Assembly (NCBI GenBank): GCA_049852185.1
Contig: CP187540.1
Direction: 5' to 3' (one strand)
DNA: 64,000 nt
Source: Methanocaldococcus sp. 28A
GTDB lineage: Archaea > AGJL01 > Methanococci > Methanococcales > Methanocaldococcaceae
Under the pieces are notes generated by a model that did no database searches, had not been told where the DNA came from, and saw nothing but the letters and a program-made list of their open reading frames with translations. Both the position numbers and the translations under genes were made by a program. Positions 54,484 to 63,929 of the stretch are shown here, piece by piece; positions within the stretch are counted from its first letter, which is position 1, and every line of letters begins with the position of its first letter.

Positions 54484-55329
54484 ATGTATGTGAAAGTAAT
54501 GAAAATTGTTCAAAATAAAGAAATTATAACCGTTTATCCTACAACCACAATAAGAAAAGCATTAATGACTATGAATGAAAATAGATATAGAAGATTGCCT
54601 GTTGTAAATGCTGGAAATAATAAGGTTGTTGGAATAATTACAAGTATGGATATTGTAGATTTCATGGGTGGGGGTTCAAAATACAACTTAATTAGAGAAA
54701 AGCATGAAAGAAATTTCTTAGCAGCTATAAATGAGCCAGTTAGAGCTATAATGGAAGAGAATGTTATAACTCTCAAAGAAAATGCTGATATTGATGAAGC
54801 AATAGAAACCTTTTTAACAAAGAATGTTGGTGGAGCTCCAATAGTTAATGATGACAATCAATTAATTTCATTAATTACAGAGAGAGATATAATTAGAGCA
54901 TTATTAGATAAAATAGATGAAAATGAAGTTGTAGATGATTATATAACAAGAAAGGTTATTGTTGCCACACCAGGAGAGAGATTAAAGGATGTTGCGAGAA
55001 CCATGGTTAGAAATGGATTTAGAAGATTACCTGTGGTTAGTGAGGAGAAATTAGTAGGAATTATAACATCAACTGACTTTATAAAACTTTTAGGTAGTGA
55101 TTGGGCTTTCAATCACATGCAAACAGGAAATGTTAGAGAGATAACAAATGTTAGAATGGAAGAAATTATGAAGAGAGATGTTATAACTGCAAAAGAGGGG
55201 GATAAATTAAAAGAAGTAGCTGAGATAATGGTAAATAATGATATTGGAGCTTTACCTGTAGTTGATGATGATTTGAAAGTTAGGGGGATTATTACAGAGA
55301 AGGATGTTTTGAAATACTTTGCTAAATAA
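54484..55329 (+). CDS. Four-CBS-domain protein (MJ1225-like)
   Basis: Four repeats of RRLPVV/GIIT..D. Confidence 0.92.
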   Translation: MYVKVMKIVQNKEIITVYPTTTIRKALMTMNENRYRRLPVVNAGNNKVVGIITSMDIVDFMGGGSKYNLIREKHERNFLAAINEPVRAIMEENVITLKENADIDEAIETFLTKNVGGAPIVNDDNQLISLITERDIIRALLDKIDENEVVDDYITRKVIVATPGERLKDVARTMVRNGFRRLPVVSEEKLVGIITSTDFIKLLGSDWAFNHMQTGNVREITNVRMEEIMKRDVITAKEGDKLKEVAEIMVNNDIGALPVVDDDLKVRGIITEKDVLKYFAK

Positions 55330-55471
55330 TGATTTTATTTTTTTATATTTATAATAATATTAATTTACTTTTTTAGAGTATTTACTAATTTACTATTATT
55401 AAGAACTTTAATATCAATCTTTTTATACATTGCTAAGTAGTGTATATTAGAATAATCATAAATAACTCAGT

Positions 55472-55546
55472 AATGTATAAATATTTAAAAACTAAAATAA
55501 TTCTATCATAATATTGGAAAATATAACTTTACAAAAATAAAGTGGC
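55472..55546 (+). promoter_or_regulatory. Promoter block, copy 1, with palindrome ACTTTA-N6-TAAAGT
   Basis: Repeated at 57596-57668 with a 26-bp identical core. Confidence 0.55.
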
Positions 55547-55665
55547 ATATTATTTTGATACAGAAAAGGAAGTCATTGATAGAGTTAGATATATTTGCCC
55601 AGAATGGTAATAAATATTTATTATTTTTATTATTTAATTTTTTATTTAAACATTTTGGTGATAAA

Positions 55666-57117
55666 ATGATAATAAAAAAGAATCTCTTAATTTTATTAAG
55701 TTTTTTTATATTAATATCATTTCTTCCAGTTTATGCATTAAATAGTGAATGGAATTCTATTCAACAGAATGGAGACATTTGGATTATAATTTATAATAAT
55801 AACATTTATTTATACAATGATATAACTCCAAAGTATATTGTTTATCTAAATAAAACATACTCCAATGAAGAGATTAACAGACATTTTGGATATTTATATT
55901 ATAAGGATAGTTTTATCCTGGGAAATCGAACTTTTATCGTATGTAATGCTTGGGATGGTTATAGTATTGGTAAATTGGATATTAACGATAGAATACTATA
56001 TTTATATGGAGAAGTTCTTGGAGAATTTTACAATCTAAAAAGTAACAATAATGATGCTTTAGCATGTTTTAATAATAAAGGAGGAATGGGAGCAGAGCCA
56101 ATATTGGTTGAATTAAAATATAACTCAACTACAAATAACTTGATATGGATTGGAGATAATTTTTATGGCTTAAACTTAAATTTGAGTAAGTATTTGTTTA
56201 ACTATATCAATAACGTTAAGAATTATTATTTTTATGAATTTAAGCCAGTAAGTTTTTGTTTTGATTACAATCCAAAAGAAAAATATTGGCTTATTTATGG
56301 TAATGGAGTTTTTTCAGTCGTTTATATGAGAAATGATACCAGTTTAAAGTATGTAAATAGTTATTTAAAATTCTTAGTGAAATACAATGGCACATTTTAT
56401 GATTTTAAATATTTCAATAATTCATTATGTCAAATAGTTTATAACAAATATGGAAATTACTGGATTTGTGTGGGAGAGAATAAATTATATCTTTTAGATG
56501 ATGACTTAAATTTAATAAAAACTATTGGTGTAAATAAGAGTATATATAAGGTATTTCCAATAGATAAAGATAATATTTATTTAGTTTATCCAAAAAAGGC
56601 AGTTGTAGAAATTTGGAAAATAGAAAAAGTTAAAGTTAAAAGTAATTTTAGTAAGGAAATCATAGAGAAATATAAAGAATATAATAAGACCCCTCCACTA
56701 TATCTTACAGAATATAAGGAAGTAAAGGTTGGAGAAAAGGTTGTAGAGATTAAAGATTTACCGAAGTTAGTAAGCAATATAGAAGAAAATAAAAATTATA
56801 CCTATGGTATTAAAAACTACCTCTATGAAATTGAAAAAATTAACTTAAAAAATAATAAAGTTGTTGAAATAAATACTGATGATTTAAATCCAATAGATGT
56901 TGGTTATAATGGAAAATACTTCATTTTAATTGGAAATGATTCATCATTGTATATCTTTAACAATGGGACTTACAAAAAAATTGCTAATTTGAATAAATTT
57001 ACTGATAAATCTAAAAATAAACTGGTAAATTATTACATATTAAGGATTGTTATAGCAATAATTTTATTTTTGGTTATATATTATGGAAGAAAAATTAAAA
57101 TAACTTATAATTCATAA
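55666..57117 (+). CDS. Secreted/membrane-anchored Asn/Tyr-rich hypothetical protein (possible beta-propeller)
   Basis: GGTGA RBS; signal peptide MIIKKNLLILLSFFILISFLPVYA; C-terminal TM helix; many N-x-S/T sites. Confidence 0.75.
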   Translation: MIIKKNLLILLSFFILISFLPVYALNSEWNSIQQNGDIWIIIYNNNIYLYNDITPKYIVYLNKTYSNEEINRHFGYLYYKDSFILGNRTFIVCNAWDGYSIGKLDINDRILYLYGEVLGEFYNLKSNNNDALACFNNKGGMGAEPILVELKYNSTTNNLIWIGDNFYGLNLNLSKYLFNYINNVKNYYFYEFKPVSFCFDYNPKEKYWLIYGNGVFSVVYMRNDTSLKYVNSYLKFLVKYNGTFYDFKYFNNSLCQIVYNKYGNYWICVGENKLYLLDDDLNLIKTIGVNKSIYKVFPIDKDNIYLVYPKKAVVEIWKIEKVKVKSNFSKEIIEKYKEYNKTPPLYLTEYKEVKVGEKVVEIKDLPKLVSNIEENKNYTYGIKNYLYEIEKINLKNNKVVEINTDDLNPIDVGYNGKYFILIGNDSSLYIFNNGTYKKIANLNKFTDKSKNKLVNYYILRIVIAIILFLVIYYGRKIKITYNS

Positions 57118-57131
57118 TAAAGGGGGTATTT

Positions 57132-57537
57132 ATGACAAAAAAATATTAATATAGAGTGTATTTTGGCATCTTTAACTTATATATCCTTCATAATACTTCC
57201 AGTTTTTGTTCCTTTGATATTTGCTATTATTTTTAGGAAAAATAAGTTTATTTTATTCTACTCAATTCAGGCATTGTTTATTCACATAATTTTATTAGAA
57301 TTTATATTCATATCTTTCCCAATCTTTAAATCTATTTGTAGATACATTACAATTTTATCCATAAATACCCAAAATCTCATGATTGATTATTTAGAGTTTG
57401 TTTTAGGAATATTGTATCTTTTAATTGTTGTAATCCCAATTTTATTAGGAACATATTAGTTCTCTGGTGGAAAATGGTTTAAATTTCCATTGATTGGTTT
57501 TATTTCTGGAAAGATTGTACATTATTTAAACAAATAA
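57132..57537 (+). pseudogene. DUF4870-like membrane protein pseudogene
   Basis: ATG 57132 out of frame across an A7 run; FYSIQAL motif; in-frame TAG at 57457 followed by FSGGKWFKFPLIG...NK*. Confidence 0.6.
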
Positions 57538-57595
57538 ATTTTTATTTTTTATTATTGACTGTTTATAGTAGTTTCAATAGTTTACACTATATAAC

Positions 57596-57668
57596 AATGT
57601 ATAAATATTTAAAGATTAAAATAAACACTATAAGATTGAAAGATATAACTTTACAAAAATAAAGTGGC
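57596..57668 (+). promoter_or_regulatory. Promoter block, copy 2
   Basis: Repeat of 55472-55546. Confidence 0.55.
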
Positions 57669-57690
57669 GAAGTATATAGCTATAAATGAA

Positions 57691-57766
57691 ATGCAAAATA
57701 AAAAACTGAAAAATAAAAGATTGGGGCTTATAATTGGTAGCATTATTTGGTTAGGAATATTATTTA
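57691..57766 (+). pseudogene. Truncated signal-peptide-bearing gene cut by an IS
   Basis: MQNKKLKNKRLGLIIGSIIWLGILF runs directly into the IS end at 57767. Confidence 0.45.
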
Positions 57767-58581
57767 CAGTATCTCCGAACATCATAAAATAAATAGAAAA
57801 ATTAATATTTTATAATATCGAATAGTTATTAAAAAAATAGGAGGAGGTAGAACAATGAATGACATAAGATTGTTGGCTATAAAATCATTTAATGAATTTA
57901 ACGAATTCATAAACAATGTTCTTCAAATTTGTCCAAGGATTTATCGAGTTGAAGATTATACAAGAGGATTTATAGAGGCGATGTCGAATAATATAATACA
58001 TATTTAGAGACCATTAGCAAGCTAAATTATCCATCGGCAGACTTTTACTATCGATATATAAATAAGGCAGGTAATTCTATGTTTAAAGAAATTTATAAAT
58101 CTTTTGTTAAAAATATATTCAATGATTTAAAAAAAATAATAGAAATTTTTGCCTATCGATAGATACGCATTATTATGGTAATAATTTAGATTTAGAATTA
58201 ATTCACGAATATAGAAAAGAGAGGGGCAGTACTGGTTCGTATAAGTCTATAGTTGCTACATTACATACTGAAGATTTTTCGTTAATAATCTATTGTGATA
58301 TTCTTTTTAAGGAATATTCGTTGCTTAATCATGTGAAGGAAATTATAGACTTTACTATTAACGATTTAGAAATAAATCCATCTAATATTGTAGTACTTAC
58401 CGATAGAGAGTTTAAAAAAAATATTCATAACTTATGGATTAAAATTCGTAATAAAAAAGAATGTATTTCTTTAAAATTCTTCATCGTCGAAATTACTAAG
58501 TTATTAGATGAGTTTGATTATTCAATCATGGTTATGCGTAATACTTGGTTGTGTATGTCTAATGCATATTCGTAGATACTG
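57767..58581 (+). mobile_element. Internally deleted ISH3-family element
   Basis: Same TIRs and near-identical sequence to 33578-34773 in inverted orientation; about 380 bp shorter, mainly one deletion near 58415. Confidence 0.88.
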
Positions 58582-58599
58582 TATTATATTTATAGATGC

Positions 58600-58760
58600 G
58601 AAATATTTTTGGGATACCACACTCTTACATGCAATGCCGTAAAGTATTTATAATAGTTGGGGTATATAAAGAAACCAAGTGATTAAGGGGTTGTAATATA
58701 TAACCTATAAAATAGAGGACTAAAATGGGTTAATTTTATTCAATTCAAAAAATGCCTCCT
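58600..58760 (+). promoter_or_regulatory. Probable CRISPR leader
   Basis: AT-rich non-coding stretch with TATA-like TTTATAA abutting the best-conserved repeat. Confidence 0.55.
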
Positions 58761-58892
58761 ATTAAAATCAGACCGATTCGGTATGGAAGCCTTCAATTGC
58801 ATGAATACCTACTCCAGCATTAAAATCAGACCGGTGCGATATGGAAATTATCAGTTTTTGGCGGGTTATCACATACGGAAAAATTAAAATCA
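58761..58892 (+). CRISPR. Orphan CRISPR mini-array: 2 repeats, 1 degenerate repeat, 2 spacers
   Basis: ATTAAAATCAGACCGATTCGGTATGGAAGC (58761), ATTAAAATCAGACCGGTGCGATATGGAAAT (58819), ATTAAAATCA (58883); matches the Methanocaldococcus repeat family. Confidence 0.85.
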
Positions 58893-59057
58893 TAAATCTT
58901 GGATTAAATAGTAGCTTTTAATCCTTTTATTATTTTATTATCCTAATAATATTTATTAATTTATATATTTAAAAATTATAAAAATATACTAACTAAATAA
59001 TTAATAATATTTTACTAATTTTATTTTTATTTTAAAAATAATTTTTAGGTGAAATAA

Positions 59058-60305
59058 ATGTATAAAGTTAAGGATATAAACCTTTGGAAAGAAGGAGAGA
59101 GAAAAATTCAATGGGCAAAACAACACATGCCTGTTTTAGGTTTAATTAGAGAAAGATTTAAAGAAGAAAAACCATTTAAAGGAATAACAATAGGAATGGC
59201 TTTACATTTAGAGGCAAAAACAGCTGTTTTAGCTGAGACTTTGATGGAAGGAGGAGCAGAAATAGCTATAACTGGTTGTAATCCTCTTTCTACTCAAGAT
59301 GATGTAGCCGCAGCATGTGCTAAGAAAGGTATGCATGTCTATGCATGGAGAGGAGAGACGGTTGAAGAATACTACGCTAATTTAAACAAAGTCTTAGACC
59401 ATAAGCCAGATATTATTATAGATGATGGCTGCGATTTAATATTTTTGTTGCATACAAAGAGAACAGAGCTTTTGGATAAAATTTTAGGAGGTTGTGAGGA
59501 AACAACAACTGGAATTATAAGGCTTAAAGCTATGGAAAAAGAAGGCGCTTTAAAATTCCCAGTTATGGATGTAAATGATGCATACACAAAACATCTATTT
59601 GACAACAGATATGGAACTGGGCAGAGTGCCTTAGATGGAATTTTGAGAGCTACAAACTTATTAATTGCTGGAAAAACTCTTGTAGTTGCTGGTTATGGAT
59701 GGTGCGGTAGAGGAGTAGCAATGAGAGCTAAGGGTTTGGGAGCTGAAGTTGTTGTTACTGAAGTAAATCCTATTAGAGCATTAGAGGCAAGAATGGATGG
59801 ATTTAGAGTTATGAAGATGGAAAAAGCTGCAGAGATTGGTGATATATTTATAACAACTACTGGATGTAAAGATGTTATTAGAAAAGAGCATATATTAAAG
59901 ATGAAAAATGGAGCTATCTTAGCAAATGCTGGACACTTTGATAATGAAATTAATAAAAAGCACTTAGAAGAGTTAGCTAAATCAATAAAAGAAGTTAGAA
60001 ATTGTGTAACTGAATATGATTTAGGAGATAAGAAAATATACCTATTAGGAGAAGGTAGATTGGTTAATCTAGCATGTGCAGATGGACATCCATGTGAAGT
60101 TATGGATATGAGCTTTGCAAACCAAGCTTTAGGGGCTGAATATATTTTAAAGAACCATGATAAATTAGAGCCAAGAGTTTATAACATTCCTTATGAGCAA
60201 GATTTGATGATTGCCTCTCTAAAGCTAAAATCTATGGGAATTGAGATAGATGAATTGACTGAAGAGCAAAAGAGATATTTAGAGGATTGGAGAGAGGGAA
60301 CATAA
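59058..60305 (+). CDS. ahcY: Adenosylhomocysteinase (S-inosyl/S-adenosyl-homocysteine hydrolase)
   Basis: [47 protein letters not shown]. Confidence 0.97.
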   Translation: MYKVKDINLWKEGERKIQWAKQHMPVLGLIRERFKEEKPFKGITIGMALHLEAKTAVLAETLMEGGAEIAITGCNPLSTQDDVAAACAKKGMHVYAWRGETVEEYYANLNKVLDHKPDIIIDDGCDLIFLLHTKRTELLDKILGGCEETTTGIIRLKAMEKEGALKFPVMDVNDAYTKHLFDNRYGTGQSALDGILRATNLLIAGKTLVVAGYGWCGRGVAMRAKGLGAEVVVTEVNPIRALEARMDGFRVMKMEKAAEIGDIFITTTGCKDVIRKEHILKMKNGAILANAGHFDNEINKKHLEELAKSIKEVRNCVTEYDLGDKKIYLLGEGRLVNLACADGHPCEVMDMSFANQALGAEYILKNHDKLEPRVYNIPYEQDLMIASLKLKSMGIEIDELTEEQKRYLEDWREGT

Positions 60306-60328
60306 AAAATAAAAATATTTGTAGATAA

Positions 60329-61585
60329 TTATTCAAACTCTAAATCTATATCTTCCAATCTTCTCTTAAATTCTTCTAAAACTATATCTTCATACTTCTC
60401 TTCTGTTGTAGGATTTCCATTTTCATCTCTTGCTACAAAGCATGCAGCTAATCTTAAATAATGTCCAGCGTCATCCCATGGAACTGTTGAAATAAGCTTC
60501 TCTTTAATTAAATATTGTGAAAAGTCTTCTGCTGTTTCAAATTCAATACCATTAGCTCTTCTTGGTGATTTAACATATAAATAAAATGTACCTCCTGGCA
60601 TTCTTGCTTTGAATCCAACTTCATTTAATATCTTAACCATCTTTCTTAACCTTCTCTCATATTTCTGTCTGACTCTTTCAGTAATTTCTGGATGTTGTAA
60701 GCAGTATATTCCAGCTTTTTGGATTGGAATAAATTGCCCGCTATCAAAGTTGTCTTTAACTGTTGCAAACGCTTTAATTATAAGCTCATTTCCTACTAAA
60801 AATGCTAATCTCCAACCAGTCATGTTAAATGCCTTTGAAAAGCTGTGAATTTCAACTCCAACTTCTTTTGCATCTTTAACTGATAAAAATGAGAGTGGCT
60901 TTCCATCATAAACCAAAGCTCCATAAGCAGCGTCTTGAACAACAATAATCTCATTTTCAAATGCAAAATCTACAACCTCTTTGTAAAACTTTTTTGTTGC
61001 CTGAGCTCCTGTTGGGTTGTTTGGATAATTGAGATAGAGTATTTTTGCTCTCTTCTTAATATCCTCTGGAATGCTCTCTAAATCAGGTAAGAAGTTGTTT
61101 TCCTCTAATAATGGTAAATTATAAACTTCTCCCCCATACCATTTTGTGTGTGTTGCGGTAACTGGGTAGCCAGGAACTGTCATTAAACAAACATCTCCAG
61201 GGTTTATAAATGCTGAGGTTATATATGCCAATGCTGGCTTTGAACCCATTGAGTGTATAACCTCATTAACTGGGTCTATATCTTTAACACTATAAACCTT
61301 TTCCATGTAAGGTGGGACGGCATCTTTTAACTCCTGAATTCCGTTATCTGCATATCCTCTATTCTCCCATTTTTTAGCTTCTTCACACAAAACTCTTATA
61401 ACTTCTGGGTCTGCCATTTCATCTGGTTCCCCAACACCCATGTCTATTAATTCCATGTCTGGATGTCTTTTCATAGCTTCTTGCTTAGCCCTCTTTATCT
61501 TTTCAAACTTGTAAATTACATTTTCTTTTCCAAACTTCTTTCCACCAATTCTCTCAGCAAATAAGTTTTGTATGTAACTTTCCAT
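60329..61585 (-). CDS. dapL: LL-diaminopimelate aminotransferase
   Basis: YPNNPTG, DAAY, SFSKAFNMTGWR, DNFDSGQF; MJ1391-like. Confidence 0.85.
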   Translation of the reverse strand: MESYIQNLFAERIGGKKFGKENVIYKFEKIKRAKQEAMKRHPDMELIDMGVGEPDEMADPEVIRVLCEEAKKWENRGYADNGIQELKDAVPPYMEKVYSVKDIDPVNEVIHSMGSKPALAYITSAFINPGDVCLMTVPGYPVTATHTKWYGGEVYNLPLLEENNFLPDLESIPEDIKKRAKILYLNYPNNPTGAQATKKFYKEVVDFAFENEIIVVQDAAYGALVYDGKPLSFLSVKDAKEVGVEIHSFSKAFNMTGWRLAFLVGNELIIKAFATVKDNFDSGQFIPIQKAGIYCLQHPEITERVRQKYERRLRKMVKILNEVGFKARMPGGTFYLYVKSPRRANGIEFETAEDFSQYLIKEKLISTVPWDDAGHYLRLAACFVARDENGNPTTEEKYEDIVLEEFKRRLEDIDLEFE

Positions 61586-61622
61586 ACTCTCACCAAATCA
61601 ACATTTTATCCGTCTTCATAAT

Positions 61623-61684
61623 ATTGGTTTTGTATAAAAGTGTTTATATTTAAAAAAGTTTAGTTTATTTTGCACAAAACTATA
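61623..61684. repeat. Shortened copy of the short MITE-like repeat
   Basis: GGTTTTGTATAAAA ... TTTTGCACAAAACTATA. Confidence 0.45.
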
Positions 61685-61705
61685 AGTTGATTAGATATAA
61701 AAATT

Positions 61706-62002
61706 TTATTTAGCAAGTGTAAATCTTACATCATCATCTCCAACATCAAAAATTCCTAATCTAACACCGGCATCAATCCAGCCATAGGCATAATTTAATG
61801 AAGCAAATGCAGTTACATAATCTCCTCTCTCTTTAAATGCTTTAGCATCTTCAAAATAACTCTCTATCATCAATAAAAAATCTTTAGCTACCTCATACAA
61901 TAAACTCCTTTTTGGAGGCAAACCTTTTTTAATGATTTTTATAGCTTCATCAGTTCTTTTAAAGTAATTTTCTAATTTTTCTTCAGTAATTTCTTTAATC
62001 AC
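61706..62002 (-). CDS. DUF357 family protein
   Basis: SYFEDAKAF...[19 protein letters not shown]; GTG start after GGTGA; the ORF-track extension lies inside a MITE. Confidence 0.88.
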   Translation of the reverse strand: MIKEITEEKLENYFKRTDEAIKIIKKGLPPKRSLLYEVAKDFLLMIESYFEDAKAFKERGDYVTAFASLNYAYGWIDAGVRLGIFDVGDDDVRFTLAK

Positions 62003-62020
62003 TTTTCTCACCATTATATA

Positions 62021-62294
62021 TCTGACAGTGTGAATTAACGAAAAGAATCTTAAAAGCAAAAAACAGAAATAGGATGAGGTTAAATAGTTTATTAAAAAAA
62101 GGTGATACCTATATGTTAGCAGCATTTAATGATATACTGGTTGATTCTATAAATAGTTTAGGGATATGTTCTTCGGAAGAGATAGCGAAGTATGGGGTGA
62201 CGAGGACATTAATGCCGATAAAGACGATTAAAGGGATGTCATATTTAGAGATTGATAGGACAACTGCTATTAAAAATCTACAAGAACTGTCAGA
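62021..62294 (+). mobile_element. 274-bp MITE/IS deletion derivative
   Basis: IRs TCTGACAGT / ACTGTCAGA with ATA on both flanks; GGTGA-preceded short ORF resembling a transposase N-terminus; second copy at 1402. Confidence 0.7.
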
Positions 62295-62299
62295 ATAGG

Positions 62300-62660
62300 A
62301 TTAGACTAATCGGACTTAGAGTTTTCTTGTGGAGAGAGATATTATTATGATGATGGAAAGTACGATGACAAGAATACATTAAATAAAATAGTTAAATTCA
62401 CTAAAAGCTAATAATAAAGAAAACGAAAAGAAGTAGTAAGAGCTATGGTGCTAAAATTAGGGATAAAATCTTCGATAAATATAATATAAGAAAGAGGAAT
62501 ATGTGAAGGTTTCTTCGGAGCTTTAACCAACAGATTTAGAAATAAATTGAATACTTTCTTAACTTCGCTTCTATTACTCGAATCGCTATTTGGGTTTGCA
62601 TATATTCTTTAATCATATTGCTGAGGTATCGTATGTAAGTCCTATCTTAGACACACACTT
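62300..62660 (+). mobile_element. Degenerate IS5-like transposase remnant
   Basis: Fragments DGKYDDKNTL and RGICEGFFGALTNRFRNKLNTFL (second D and E motifs). Confidence 0.55.
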
Positions 62661-62724
62661 TTGGATGGAGTTTTATAAAAACAAAAGTATAGATTTGTTT
62701 TGTATGTTCTATTTAAGGAAATTA

Positions 62725-62950
62725 CCGTTTCCCACTTCCATAGCTTATAACAACTTAATTTATACAAACTGATAGCTATGGAAATGTGTCGTCCTTAACC
62801 CCTTGCTTCATCAAGATTACCAATCTCTCTGCTGTGGGTTCATTGGACTTCGGGCTGAACGGATACAGCCCCACAAACCTTATATTATTAAATTATGTTA
62901 GCCTCGAAGGCAATGCCCTCTCATCAGCCAATAAATTAATATTAATTACC
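62725..62950 (-). mobile_element. IS607-derived mini-element, copy 2 (both ends present)
   Basis: Minus strand GG-TAATTAATATT...GGGAAACGG; TnpB-tail-like frame VGLYPFSPKSNEPTAERLVILMKQGVKDDTFP*. Confidence 0.6.
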
Positions 62951-63064
62951 TCTTTATTTATATGTTACGATATGCTACAGAACCTGGAAACTGTTACAAA
63001 CCCAGTAGTATTAATATAGTCTAAAAGAGATGTTAAAAATTAATATTTAGAGATAATATTTTAT

Positions 63065-63457
63065 TTACTGCTCTTCATTTCCAACTTCTAAACCTAACAA
63101 TTCAGGAATTGATTTCGCTCCATATTCAACAACCTTAACGTTAATTTGGACTATATCAGGAGCTATAGTGTTACCTCTAACTGTTTTTCTTCTTCTTTCT
63201 CCTTTTCTTTTTGGTCTGAATCCTGGTGGAGCACTTAATAAAACTCTAACCTTTCTACTTCCGTGGATGTCAGGTCTCATTGGGAAACCGCTTGAATCAG
63301 TACCTCCTGTTATTTGCAATTTGTATCCTTCTAAACCTAAAATTTTTCCATCAAAGGTTTCTCCAATTTTCTTACCAACTAATGAGGTATTGTCTGCCTC
63401 AATTTGGTAGCATCTTCCTGTTTTTGGGTCTGCAACTACGAATTTTGCTGTTGGCAT
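63065..63457 (-). CDS. rps6e: 30S ribosomal protein S6e
   Basis: [25 protein letters not shown]. Confidence 0.97.
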   Translation of the reverse strand: MPTAKFVVADPKTGRCYQIEADNTSLVGKKIGETFDGKILGLEGYKLQITGGTDSSGFPMRPDIHGSRKVRVLLSAPPGFRPKRKGERRRKTVRGNTIAPDIVQINVKVVEYGAKSIPELLGLEVGNEEQ

Positions 63458-63582
63458 GGTATTCCCTCCTATATTTTTATTTTTGTTATTTGTTTTCAGT
63501 TTCCAAATTTTTAAATTAACTTTTAAGTTTGATAAAACAGATTTTTTAAGAGTATTTTTATAAATATCTTTATTTCACCCTA

Positions 63583-63693
63583 CGCCTTCCCAGCTTCATC
63601 ATTTTACTACCCCTCTGGGGATTAGAGGGGTAGAAACTCAACTGGGTCATCGACACGTCCCAACTCCTTAAATAGGAGTCAGGACAATAGGCG
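63583..63693 (-). ncRNA. Structured GC-rich ncRNA candidate of unknown family
   Basis: Several nested stems whose G-U pairs work only on the minus strand; TTTAAA TATA-like box about 25 nt upstream. Confidence 0.6.
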
Positions 63694-63733
63694 ATAATAA
63701 TTGAACTCTTAATATTTTAAATAATTTTTGGTT

Positions 63734-63928
63734 TTATACTTTTAATGCTATTGTGATAATATAGTATAGAATTATGAGCCCAGCAATTGCTAAAAACATA
63801 TATTGAGTTCTTAACATTTTTTTCCTTCTTTGCATATATTCAATTCTACATTTTTCTGAGCAGAAAACTTGGTCTGGAGGAATTGATATACCACAATTTA
63901 AACAGTGTTTATGTTTTGGAATATCCAT
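63734..63928 (-). CDS. DUF2116 family Zn-ribbon membrane protein
   Basis: HKHCLNCG...FCSEKC plus C-terminal TM helix. Confidence 0.88.
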   Translation of the reverse strand: MDIPKHKHCLNCGISIPPDQVFCSEKCRIEYMQRRKKMLRTQYMFLAIAGLIILYYIITIALKV

Positions 63929-63929
63929 T

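Noticed and set aside
57455-57462. In-frame TAG as possible pyrrolysine codon
   Set aside because: Methanococcales are not known to encode Pyl and the gene has a second lesion; pseudogene is simpler
62003-62125. N-terminal extension of the DUF357 ORF
   Set aside because: Lies mostly within the MITE; a GGTGA RBS supports GTG at 62002
62786-63019. 77-aa plus-strand ORF
   Set aside because: Antisense to the IS607-derived mini-element; no RBS or motif
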